Part shown: positions 21,797-30,821 of the stretch, piece after piece
Position numbering within the stretch: the first letter of the stretch is position 1
Layout: each line of letters opens with the position of its first letter
Assembly: GCA_042577985.1 (NCBI GenBank)
Contig: JBHPDI010000001.1
Coordinates: 2,334-66,333 of the forward strand
Reading direction: 5' to 3'
DNA: 64,000 nt
Source of the DNA: Halobacteriota archaeon
GTDB lineage: Archaea; Halobacteriota; UBA148
Notes under the pieces: model-generated
What the model was told of the DNA's origin: nothing
Databases searched by the model: none
The model's input: only the letters and a program-made list of their open reading frames with translations
Program-made: the position numbers and the translations under genes

Positions 21797-22858
21797 ATGA
21801 AGGCACTGATATTATCGGGTGGAAAAGGGACTAGGTTGAGACCTCTCACGTTCACCACTGCAAAGCAATTAGTTCCAATAGCTAATAAACCTGTTCTCGG
21901 TTATGTGCTTGACTGTGTTGCACAAGCAGGTCTCACAGATGTTGGTGTTATCATAGCCCAAGAAACAAAAGAGGATGTTAAGAAGTATGTAGGAGATGGC
22001 TCTGAATGGGGATTCAAGGTGACTTACATTATGCAAGAGCCTTTGGGATTGGCTCACGCCGTTAAAACCGCAAAAGATTTTCTCGGTGATGATGACTTCG
22101 TGATGTACCTTGGAGACAACCTACTTGGTACAAGAATAAATGAGTTAGTGACTAATTTTCAAGAAGAGGGGTTCGATGCTTTAATCTTGCTAAAAGAAGT
22201 GGAGGATCCAAGACTGTTTGGTGTAGCTATTTTAGACGAAAAGGGGAACATTGTTAATCTTATAGAAAAGCCTAAGAAATCGCCTAGCAATTTAGCATTA
22301 GTTGGGGTTTATGTTTTTTCAAATAAGATTCACCAAGCTATAGATAGAATTAAACCTTCATGGCGTGGTGAATTAGAGATAACAGATGCAATTCAAGAGA
22401 TGATAAATTTAGGCTGTAAAGTCAAAGCAGAAATCCTCGAATCATGGTGGTTAGATACCGGAAAGAAGGACGACGTTCTCGATGCTAATGCTTTAGTTTT
22501 AGATGATTTTTGCAAGGGAGACATTAAGGGAAACATAGATGATAAAAGCAAGGTTAGTGGGAGGGTTAGAATCGAAGAGGGGACAAAAATAGTAAACAGT
22601 ATTGTTAGGGGACCTTGTGTAATTGGAAAAGATTGTACAATAGAGAATTCTTTCGTTGGCTCTTATACAAGCATTGGAAATAATTCAAATATTGTGGCAT
22701 CGGCCATAGAGTACTGCATCATAATGGAGAATGTCGAGATAAAAAATATTGATAGGTTGGAAGAAAGCTTGATTGGAAGGAATACAAAAATTTCTAAAAA
22801 CAGAAAACAAAAGGTATTAAAACTTCACATAGGTGATTATTCAGAGGTGGAGATTTAA
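21797..22858 (+). CDS. rmlA: Glucose-1-phosphate thymidylyltransferase (long form)
   Basis: LSGGKGTRLRPLT...KQLVP, LGLAHAV, YLGDN, PSWRGELEITDA, WLDTG. Confidence 0.92.
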   Translation: MKALILSGGKGTRLRPLTFTTAKQLVPIANKPVLGYVLDCVAQAGLTDVGVIIAQETKEDVKKYVGDGSEWGFKVTYIMQEPLGLAHAVKTAKDFLGDDDFVMYLGDNLLGTRINELVTNFQEEGFDALILLKEVEDPRLFGVAILDEKGNIVNLIEKPKKSPSNLALVGVYVFSNKIHQAIDRIKPSWRGELEITDAIQEMINLGCKVKAEILESWWLDTGKKDDVLDANALVLDDFCKGDIKGNIDDKSKVSGRVRIEEGTKIVNSIVRGPCVIGKDCTIENSFVGSYTSIGNNSNIVASAIEYCIIMENVEIKNIDRLEESLIGRNTKISKNRKQKVLKLHIGDYSEVEI

Positions 22859-22871
22859 GACGGGTGTTAAT

Positions 22872-23741
22872 ATGAAAGTGCTAATAACTGGGAATACGGG
22901 ATTTATAGGGAGTAACATGTTCCGTTTCCTTGAAAGCAAAGAATCCGTAGAACCAATAGGATATTCAGAAAGCACAGGACAGGATATATTCGATTTGGAT
23001 AAGTTAAGAGAATTTGTTAAAAATTGTGATGTCGTTTATCATTTTGCTGCTTACGCTAAGCCGGGTGAGAGTATAACTAATCCTGTTAAAGCGATAGAAA
23101 CTAACGTTAAAGGTTGCTTAAATATTTTAGAGGCATGCAGAGAATATAAAGTTCCACTAATATATCCAAGTAGCTGCGAAATATACGGTAATTCAAAAGA
23201 ACCCATTAAAGAAGAGGCTCCTGTAAAACCACTTAATCCATATGCTGCGAGCAAAGCCTCAGCCGATAGCATTTGTTTTTCGTATTATATAAGTTATGAT
23301 ATGGATATTAAAATTGTGAGATTATTTAATCCCTATGGTCCAAAACAGCAGTTGAATAAAATAATACCCATATTATACTTCCAAGCCATCAATAATGAAG
23401 ATCTTACCGTGTTTGGGGAAGGAAATGATACAAGAGATTATGTATACGTAAAGGATATTATAAGGGGGCTATGGCTAGTAAGAAATTTGCCCGCGGGCGA
23501 AGTAATAAATTTAGCTACTGGGAAAGAAACAACAAATCTTGAAGTTGCTAATTTAATTTTAGAGTTAACAAATAGTGATTCAGAAATATCCTTTATAAAT
23601 TATCCAAAAGAATTTGGAAATATTAAAAATCAAGTTGGGTCATTTGAAAAAGCGAAAAGGCTGTTAGGATGGCATTCGGAAGTAGAGTTAGAAGAAGGTA
23701 TTAAAAAGACTATAAAATGGTTAGAAACAATAAAGGAGTAA
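22872..23741 (+). CDS. NAD-dependent sugar epimerase/reductase (extended SDR)
   Basis: GNTGFIG, YAASK, FNPYGP, RDYVYV. Confidence 0.85.
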   Translation: MKVLITGNTGFIGSNMFRFLESKESVEPIGYSESTGQDIFDLDKLREFVKNCDVVYHFAAYAKPGESITNPVKAIETNVKGCLNILEACREYKVPLIYPSSCEIYGNSKEPIKEEAPVKPLNPYAASKASADSICFSYYISYDMDIKIVRLFNPYGPKQQLNKIIPILYFQAINNEDLTVFGEGNDTRDYVYVKDIIRGLWLVRNLPAGEVINLATGKETTNLEVANLILELTNSDSEISFINYPKEFGNIKNQVGSFEKAKRLLGWHSEVELEEGIKKTIKWLETIKE

Positions 23742-23745
23742 AAGG

Positions 23746-25080
23746 ATGGAGACCTACGAAGAACTGGAAAAAATAAAAGAAGAGATTTTTAAGAAAATAG
23801 CAGAATATTATGAAGTTAAGAAGGGGGAAAAGGGGGAATCTGTCCCAAGTTCATACAGAATAAGTTATGCTAAAGCTATTTTTGATGAAAAAGAGGTAAT
23901 TTCAATAACAGACTCTATTTTAAAAGAATGGCTTGGTTTGGGACCAAAGGCGAGAGAATTTACTAAGATGTTCTCGGAATATCTGGGGGTCTCAAAGACG
24001 GTTTTAGTTAATTCAGGCTCATCTGCAAATTTACTTGCACTAACCGCACTAAAATCAAATAAAATTAAAAAACCATTAAATAATGGAGAAGAAGTAATAA
24101 CACCCGCCGTAACATTTCCTACTGTTGTTAACCCAATAATACAGAATGACTTGATTCCAGTAATAGTGGATGCTAACATAGAAACTTATAATATCGATAT
24201 TGAGAGGTTAAAAGAAGCCATTACTCCTAAAACAAGGGCAATTATGTTACCCCATATGTTGGGAAACTCAAATGATATGGACGCTATAATAGATATTGCT
24301 GAAGATCACAAACTTTATTTAATCGAAGATAATTGCGATGCGCTTGGATCTGAGTTTGATGGGAAAAAAACAGGTAGTTTTGGTATTTTATCAACTTGTT
24401 CTTTTTATCCTGCACATCACATCACAATGGGGGAGGGCGGATCTATCTCTATTATCGCAGACGATGCGAATCTATATAGAGTAATAATATCCCTTAGAGA
24501 CTGGGGGAGGGACTGTTGGTGTGAAAGTGATGAGAAATCACCCACTGGTGCTTGTGATAGAAGATTTGAATGGGAGATTGGTGGGACAAAATATGATCAT
24601 CGCTATATATACAGCCATATCGGATATAACTTAAAACCAATAGAAATTCAGGCTGCAATGGGAGTGGAACAGCTCAAGAAGATAGGAGATTTTAACCAGA
24701 AAAGGAGGGATAATTTTCAATATCTATATAATAATTTGAGAAAATATGTGGAATATATATCTTTCATAAAAAAACCAAAGAAAGCTAATCCTGCATGGTT
24801 TGCTTTTCCAATTATGGTAAACGAGAAAGCTCCTTTCTCTAGATACGAAATTACGAAATACTTGGAAGACAAAGGAATACAAACAAGATTACTATTTGCA
24901 GGAGAAATCACTAAACAGCCAGCGTACAAATCAATCCAATTCAAATCTTCTGGGTCTTTAGAAAATTCTGAAAAAGTGATGAAAAATTCTTTTTTCATTG
25001 GAATTCATCCAGGGCTTAACGAATTGCAATTAAAATATATTGTTAAGATTTTTGATAGTTTTATGGAAGGGTTTAGGTAA
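23746..25080 (+). CDS. rfbH: NDP-4-keto-6-deoxyglucose 3-dehydrase (E1; DdhC/RfbH family)
   Basis: SFYPAHHITMGEGG has His in place of the PLP Lys; RDWGRDCWC...C Fe-S motif; YDHRYIYSHIGYNLK. Confidence 0.9.
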   Translation: METYEELEKIKEEIFKKIAEYYEVKKGEKGESVPSSYRISYAKAIFDEKEVISITDSILKEWLGLGPKAREFTKMFSEYLGVSKTVLVNSGSSANLLALTALKSNKIKKPLNNGEEVITPAVTFPTVVNPIIQNDLIPVIVDANIETYNIDIERLKEAITPKTRAIMLPHMLGNSNDMDAIIDIAEDHKLYLIEDNCDALGSEFDGKKTGSFGILSTCSFYPAHHITMGEGGSISIIADDANLYRVIISLRDWGRDCWCESDEKSPTGACDRRFEWEIGGTKYDHRYIYSHIGYNLKPIEIQAAMGVEQLKKIGDFNQKRRDNFQYLYNNLRKYVEYISFIKKPKKANPAWFAFPIMVNEKAPFSRYEITKYLEDKGIQTRLLFAGEITKQPAYKSIQFKSSGSLENSEKVMKNSFFIGIHPGLNELQLKYIVKIFDSFMEGFR

Positions 25081-26027
25081 TGAAGATACTAATAACAGGT
25101 GGAGCAGGCTTCATAGGATGTAATTTTGTTCGATATATGCTAAAGAAGTATCCTACTGAAGAGATTTTAGTCTTAGATAAACTAACTTATGCTGGCAGAA
25201 TAGAGAATTTACAAGACGTTATGGATAAAATAAAGTTTATCAAAGGAGATATTTGCAATAAAAAGGATGTTGAGAAAGTAGGGCATTGCGACGCCATATT
25301 CAACTTTGCAGCAGAGACGCATGTTGATCGCTCGATAATAGATGCAGGCATATTTGTAAAAACGGACATTCTTGGTACTTATAATCTATTGGAGCATGCA
25401 AGAAAGCATGATGTTGAAAAATACATCCAAATAAGTACGGATGAAGTATACGGTTCGATAGAAAAGGACTCTTTTAAAGAAAGTGACATATTAGATCCAT
25501 CTTCTCCTTACTCAGCGAGCAAAGCGGGAGCGGATTTGTTAGTTAAGGCATACTACAAGACTTATGGCGTGCAAGCATTAATAACTCGCAGTTCAAACAA
25601 CTTTGGTCCCTATCAGTATCCAGAGAAGCTAATTCCTGTTCTCATTATCAATGCCTTGTATGATAAACCGTTACCAATTTATGGGGAAGGTAAAAACATA
25701 AGAGATTGGATTTATGTTATGGATAATTGTGAAGCGATAGATTTAGTATTTCAAAAAGGAAAGATGATGGAGACGTATAACATCGGTGCTGGAAATGAAA
25801 AAACGAATATAGAAATTGTAAACTTAATATTGGGGGAAATGAAAAAACCGAAGAGTTTAATAGAATTTGTAATGGATAGGCCGGGGCATGATTTTAGATA
25901 CTCTTTAAATTGCGAGAAAATAAAAAGATTAGGATGGGAGCCTAAGGTAAAGTTTGAGGAAGGGATTGAGAAAACTATTAATTGGTATGCTGAAAATAGA
26001 GGATGGTGGGAAACATTGTTGAAGTAA
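25080..26027 (+). CDS. rmlB: dTDP-glucose 4,6-dehydratase
   Basis: DKLTYAG, AAETHVDRSI, STDEVYG, YSASKA, PEKLIP, DRPGHDFRY. Confidence 0.95.
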   Translation: MKILITGGAGFIGCNFVRYMLKKYPTEEILVLDKLTYAGRIENLQDVMDKIKFIKGDICNKKDVEKVGHCDAIFNFAAETHVDRSIIDAGIFVKTDILGTYNLLEHARKHDVEKYIQISTDEVYGSIEKDSFKESDILDPSSPYSASKAGADLLVKAYYKTYGVQALITRSSNNFGPYQYPEKLIPVLIINALYDKPLPIYGEGKNIRDWIYVMDNCEAIDLVFQKGKMMETYNIGAGNEKTNIEIVNLILGEMKKPKSLIEFVMDRPGHDFRYSLNCEKIKRLGWEPKVKFEEGIEKTINWYAENRGWWETLLK

Positions 26028-26029
26028 CA

Positions 26030-27007
26030 ATGGGTGATAAGTATCCAGGAATCAGTGTCGTAATACCGGCATACAATGGTGAGAAGACAATTGGCAAAAC
26101 GATAGAATCTATTTTGAATCAGAAATATGAAGGAGAAATTGAAATAATTATTGTGAATGACTGTTCAACCGATGGTACCTTAGAAGTTGTTCAGCAGTAT
26201 CCAACAAAGATAATAAATAATGATACGAATTTGGGATTGGCTTATTCTGTAAATAAAGGTGTAAAAGCCTCAAAGAATGATATTGTTTCCGTGATTCATG
26301 AAGATATACTATTGATTGACAAAGAATGGGTCAAGAAATTAGTCCCTTATCTCAAGGAAGGAGTTGCAGTAGTTTCTTCACCTGTAATGTTACCAAGGGA
26401 AATCTATGACACATTTGGTTTCTGGGAGATGGTTTTATTCTCATGGGATTTGAAAGAAGATTATGAAAAAACTGTGGAAATTTTCACAGATGGGTATAAT
26501 GAATTCAAAAACGTCATTTTCAAGAAAGATATTTTCCTAAAGTTTGGAGGATTAGATGGAAATATATACCGGGCAGCTTGTGAGGATGTGGATTTGAGTA
26601 TGAAATTGTTTAAGGCAGGTTATAATATGGTCTCAGTTCCAATCCCAGTTTATCATCTTCATTCTTCTCGTGCAGCTAATCTTTCAAAGATATTATTTGA
26701 ATACCGACCTCGATTATCAGAAGGACAAGGCGTTTTGTTCAGAAAATACGGATTTAGATCATGGGACATAAATAATCAAAATTTCAAAACTATTGCGATT
26801 ATAGCTCTTTTTGTTCCCTTCAACATAATTCGAATAGTCGGAGCACTTTTCATCCTTGCAATAATTTTTGGAAATACGATAAGAGCATTTAAGGTTATGA
26901 AAAATCTAAAAGTTTTTATATTAGTTCCTCTAGTAAAAATTTTAGATTATTTCTTAGAAGTAATTTACTTCTGGAAAGGTTTCCTAACAGGTAGGCAGAG
27001 GAAATGA
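26030..27007 (+). CDS. Glycosyltransferase family 2 with C-terminal TM helices
   Basis: SVVIPAYN, VNDCSTD, EDVDL. Confidence 0.85.
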   Translation: MGDKYPGISVVIPAYNGEKTIGKTIESILNQKYEGEIEIIIVNDCSTDGTLEVVQQYPTKIINNDTNLGLAYSVNKGVKASKNDIVSVIHEDILLIDKEWVKKLVPYLKEGVAVVSSPVMLPREIYDTFGFWEMVLFSWDLKEDYEKTVEIFTDGYNEFKNVIFKKDIFLKFGGLDGNIYRAACEDVDLSMKLFKAGYNMVSVPIPVYHLHSSRAANLSKILFEYRPRLSEGQGVLFRKYGFRSWDINNQNFKTIAIIALFVPFNIIRIVGALFILAIIFGNTIRAFKVMKNLKVFILVPLVKILDYFLEVIYFWKGFLTGRQRK

Positions 27008-27873
27008 AAATAATAATTACAATCCCAGCATATAATGAAGAAGAGAGTATTAGTTATGTGATTAGCGGTATTAAAAAAACGATGGATCAAACTGAATACG
27101 AGTATAAGATAATTGTTGTCAATGATGGTTCGACAGATAACACAGCTAATATCGCAAAAAGTTCTGGGGCATTAGTTTATTCACATCCATATAATTATGG
27201 TCTAGCTGAAACTTTTAGAACTGAAATAGAAAAAGCTTTAGAGGGCAATGCGGAGATAATTGTCCATATAGATGCGGATGGACAATATAGGCCAGAGGAA
27301 ATTCATGAATTGATAAAACCCCTAGAAAATAAAGAAGCTGATTTGGTATTAGGCTCAAGGTTTGCCGGGGTTATTGAAAAAATGCCATTTGTTAAAAAAT
27401 TAGGCAATATTGCTTTTTCAAAAGTAGTTTCTCAAATAAGTGGAATAAAAGTGACAGATGCGCAGACAGGGTTCAGGGCATTTACAAGAGAGATCGCTGA
27501 AAAAATCGAGATTATTTCTACACATACATATACGCAAGAACAGATAATAAAAACAGTTAGAAATAAGTTCAAAGTAAAAGAAGTTCCGATTTATTTCGAA
27601 AAAAGGAAGTCAGGTACGAGCAGATTGATGTCGAATCCAGTTGATTTTGCAATTAAGGCATGGATTAATTTATTGAGAATATATAGGGATTTTGAACCTC
27701 TAAAGTTCTTTGGAGTAGTGGGGTTTGTTTTAATATTCACTGCTATATTAACTTTTTTTTGTAGTATATTCTTCTTGAGGGAACTTTTAGATATAACAGT
27801 TATAGTTCTTATTTTAGCCGGAATTCAGATTATATTATTTGGTTTTTTAGCAGAGATGGTGAAAAAAAGGTGA
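27004..27873 (+). CDS. DPM1-like GT2 (polyprenyl-phosphate sugar synthase) with two C-terminal TM helices
   Basis: IPAYNEE, DGSTD, DADGQY, GSRF, DAQTGFRA. Confidence 0.87.
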   Translation: MKIIITIPAYNEEESISYVISGIKKTMDQTEYEYKIIVVNDGSTDNTANIAKSSGALVYSHPYNYGLAETFRTEIEKALEGNAEIIVHIDADGQYRPEEIHELIKPLENKEADLVLGSRFAGVIEKMPFVKKLGNIAFSKVVSQISGIKVTDAQTGFRAFTREIAEKIEIISTHTYTQEQIIKTVRNKFKVKEVPIYFEKRKSGTSRLMSNPVDFAIKAWINLLRIYRDFEPLKFFGVVGFVLIFTAILTFFCSIFFLRELLDITVIVLILAGIQIILFGFLAEMVKKR

Positions 27874-29135
27874 CAAATGACAAAGAGGTGCACAATTTTA
27901 AGGATTTAGATCCAGAACTCTGTACCTTTTGTGGCACGTGCGTAGGTGTATGTCCTCAAAATTCATTAATCGCTAAACACGGAAAAATTTATTCGGTAGG
28001 CAAATGTAAATCTTGTGGACTTTGTTATAATGCCTGTCCTGGTAGAGAAGTTGCCTTCTCTAAATTAAATTCACATATTTTTAAATCTTCACAAAGAGAT
28101 AGATATGTCGGTGTTTACAAATCATTATATGTGGGACATTCAAGAGATGTAAAAATAAGAAATAATGCATCTTCTGGAGGTGTCGTAACATCATTATTAA
28201 TTTTTTTATTGGACAAAGGTCTAATTGATGGAGCTATCGTTGTTTGCATGAAATATAAAGAACCATGGAATTACGAAGTAAAAATTGCGAGAACAAAAAA
28301 AGATATTTTGAAAGCTTCACAATCTAAATACTCTTTAGTTCCTCTAAATGCTATTTTAAGTAAAATAAGGAAAGAAGATGGTAATTTTGCCCTTGTGGGT
28401 TTACCTTGCCATATCCATGGTATTAGAAGTCTTCAAATGATGGGGTGGGAACACAGTGATAAGATTAAATATTTAATTGGTCTATTTTGTGGTTTTAATA
28501 TGCATTTATCCGCAACAAATCATCTTATCAATAAATTAGGAGTTGAAAAAGGAGATATACTAAGTCTCCAATATAGGGGGGGCAATTATCCAGGTGGTTT
28601 CCTTATAAAAACAAAAAATAATAATGAAAAATCTCTTGAGAAGTTTTATTATAATCTATTAAACCTAATGTATGTTCCTAAGAGGTGTCTACTTTGTGTG
28701 GACCTTATGAATGAACTTGCTGATATCTCGGTAGGTGATGCGTGGATTAAAGATATTGATAAAGATGGATGGTCAACAGTTATAGTTAGAACAGAAAAAG
28801 GAGAAACCTTGTTTAAGGATGCCATAAAACACAATTATTTGGGCTATAAAAAAATTTCAAGAGAAGATCTTTTAAAATCACATTCACATTTAATAAGATA
28901 CAAAAAAATAAAAGTTTTTATCAGATTATATTTAAGCAAGAAAAAACCGATATATGATTTGGAGTATCCTAATATGAAGATACATGAATATATACCGGGC
29001 GCTCTATTCTTTTATTCAGTTAAAATTCTGGGCAATGATTATATTAAAAAAGTTATAGGTTTTTTGCCACTAAAATTATTTGGGATTATAGCACATTTAG
29101 GCAAATACATAATAAGAAAGGGAGAGCTAGAATGA
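27870..29135 (+). CDS. FrhB/FdhB-family (F420-binding subunit family) protein with N-terminal 2x[4Fe-4S] domain
   Basis: CTFCGTCVGVCP, CKSCGLCYNACP; SSGGVVT, VGLPCH, IGLFC, C..CVD...ADISVGDAW. Confidence 0.87.
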   Translation: MTNDKEVHNFKDLDPELCTFCGTCVGVCPQNSLIAKHGKIYSVGKCKSCGLCYNACPGREVAFSKLNSHIFKSSQRDRYVGVYKSLYVGHSRDVKIRNNASSGGVVTSLLIFLLDKGLIDGAIVVCMKYKEPWNYEVKIARTKKDILKASQSKYSLVPLNAILSKIRKEDGNFALVGLPCHIHGIRSLQMMGWEHSDKIKYLIGLFCGFNMHLSATNHLINKLGVEKGDILSLQYRGGNYPGGFLIKTKNNNEKSLEKFYYNLLNLMYVPKRCLLCVDLMNELADISVGDAWIKDIDKDGWSTVIVRTEKGETLFKDAIKHNYLGYKKISREDLLKSHSHLIRYKKIKVFIRLYLSKKKPIYDLEYPNMKIHEYIPGALFFYSVKILGNDYIKKVIGFLPLKLFGIIAHLGKYIIRKGELE

Positions 29136-30763
29136 GCGAAAATAGCTATCGAACTTATGTTTTAAATAATATGCCACGCCTGATAAGTCAGCTTGACCGG
29201 GACAAAAATTCTCTGACATATGGCTGTTTCGACAGAAACTATTGGCATTATAAGATAAGAGACTTTCCTTCAATAATTCTTCAACAAGGTTCTTTAGCTT
29301 TAGCCTTACTTTATTCAAATAACTTCAAAGGAAATATTTATTATAAGAACAAAAAAATTGAGGAATGGACTTTAGCATCCCTCTATTTTTGGATGGAAAA
29401 CCAATTAAAGGACGGTTCTTTTAATGAGTATTGGCCAAATGAGCACGGATATCCTCCAACGGTATTTTCTTTATATACCACCTCGGAGACATATAGGCTA
29501 TTGCATGCTTTTATTGACAAAAAAGACGGCTTAGAAAGGGCCTTAATTAAATCGTGCAACTTTATCTCTAAACATGATGAAAAGGGAGCACAGAACCAGG
29601 AAATAGCTTCTATTACCTCGTTATATAGTGTGTATTTATCAATCAAAGAAAAATGGTTATTAAATATTATTGATGAAAAAGTGAAGCAAATCCTCAAAAG
29701 GCAATCACATGAAGGATGGATCTCTGAATACGGTGGTGCAGATATTGGGTATCTGAGTGTATCACTGGGTTATCTCGCTGAGTATTATAAAATGAGTCAA
29801 GATAAAAGAGTATTTCCTGCTCTAAAAAGTATTGTAGATTTTATGCAGTTCTTTATACATCCTGATTCTACCTCTGGGGGGGATTATGGGAGTAGAAATA
29901 CTGAATACTTTCTTCCAAACGGTTTAGAGATTTTAGCAGCAGATTATTCGTTGGCAGGTGCTATAGCTGATAAATTATTAAATAATTTAGAAAAATATCA
30001 AACTCTTCCTAACACAGTAGACGAGAGATATCTTTCTCATTATTTCTTACATTCTTATGTTGGTGCACTACTTAATTATAAACCCAGAAGAGATATCCCA
30101 AAGCTTCCGTGCGAGATAAAATGTGAGAAATATTTTAAAGATGCGGGTTTATATGTTCTAAATAATGGAAATTATTATGCTATTTTAGGATTATCAAAAG
30201 GCGGAGTTTTAAAAGTTTTTTCGCAAGGAAAAGAAATTCTAAATGACTGTGGTTATATGGCAAAAATCTCTAAAAATAAACTCATTACAACTAATTGGGT
30301 TGATCAGAGTTATATAAAAGAAAAGAAAGGGAATACTTTTATCGTTTCTGGTGATTTCCACTCGATATCACAATATTTACCCACCCCTTTAAAGCATTTC
30401 TTGCTGAGAGGTGCGTCGAGTATATTTGGTAAGCGACTTATACCTATTTTGAAAAAGCGACTAATAACTAGAGATATAAAAGTGCCAACTACTTTTAAAA
30501 GAACGGTGACTTTTCATGGTAAAAGAATAATTATCGATGATATTATTACTTCTGAAAACGTATTAAAAGAAGTTTCTACATCCGATGGTTTTTCTTTCCG
30601 ATATGTTCCATCATCTAAATATTTTCAAATTAACGAAATTAAGAGAATAAATATAGATAAAATTTTCCAAAATATTAGGAAAATTGAAATCAAAAAGGAG
30701 GTAGACTGCATAAATGGAAAAGTCTTTATTGCAAATGAAAATCACAAGAAAAGAAATTCATAA
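29132..30763 (+). CDS. Conserved hypothetical protein (predicted alpha/alpha-toroid N-terminus, beta-rich C-terminus; heparinase II/III-like architecture possible)
   Basis: 543-aa ORF translationally coupled to the FrhB gene; QLKDGSF and QSHEGW..EYGG repeats; YGCFDR.YWHY; HPD..GG.YGSRNT. Confidence 0.6.
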   Translation: MSENSYRTYVLNNMPRLISQLDRDKNSLTYGCFDRNYWHYKIRDFPSIILQQGSLALALLYSNNFKGNIYYKNKKIEEWTLASLYFWMENQLKDGSFNEYWPNEHGYPPTVFSLYTTSETYRLLHAFIDKKDGLERALIKSCNFISKHDEKGAQNQEIASITSLYSVYLSIKEKWLLNIIDEKVKQILKRQSHEGWISEYGGADIGYLSVSLGYLAEYYKMSQDKRVFPALKSIVDFMQFFIHPDSTSGGDYGSRNTEYFLPNGLEILAADYSLAGAIADKLLNNLEKYQTLPNTVDERYLSHYFLHSYVGALLNYKPRRDIPKLPCEIKCEKYFKDAGLYVLNNGNYYAILGLSKGGVLKVFSQGKEILNDCGYMAKISKNKLITTNWVDQSYIKEKKGNTFIVSGDFHSISQYLPTPLKHFLLRGASSIFGKRLIPILKKRLITRDIKVPTTFKRTVTFHGKRIIIDDIITSENVLKEVSTSDGFSFRYVPSSKYFQINEIKRINIDKIFQNIRKIEIKKEVDCINGKVFIANENHKKRNS

Positions 30764-30821
30764 GAAACCAAAAATTTTTTATGCCATGAAACTTGCTGAA
30801 TAAAGACAAAAGGATATTAAA

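Noticed and set aside
23746..25080. Ordinary DegT aminotransferase call
   Set aside because: The catalytic Lys is replaced by His and an Fe-S Cys motif is present, indicating an E1 dehydrase
27870..29135. Energy-metabolism F420 hydrogenase or dehydrogenase operon
   Set aside because: No frhA/frhG, fdhA or fpo partners nearby; the gene is embedded among glycan genes
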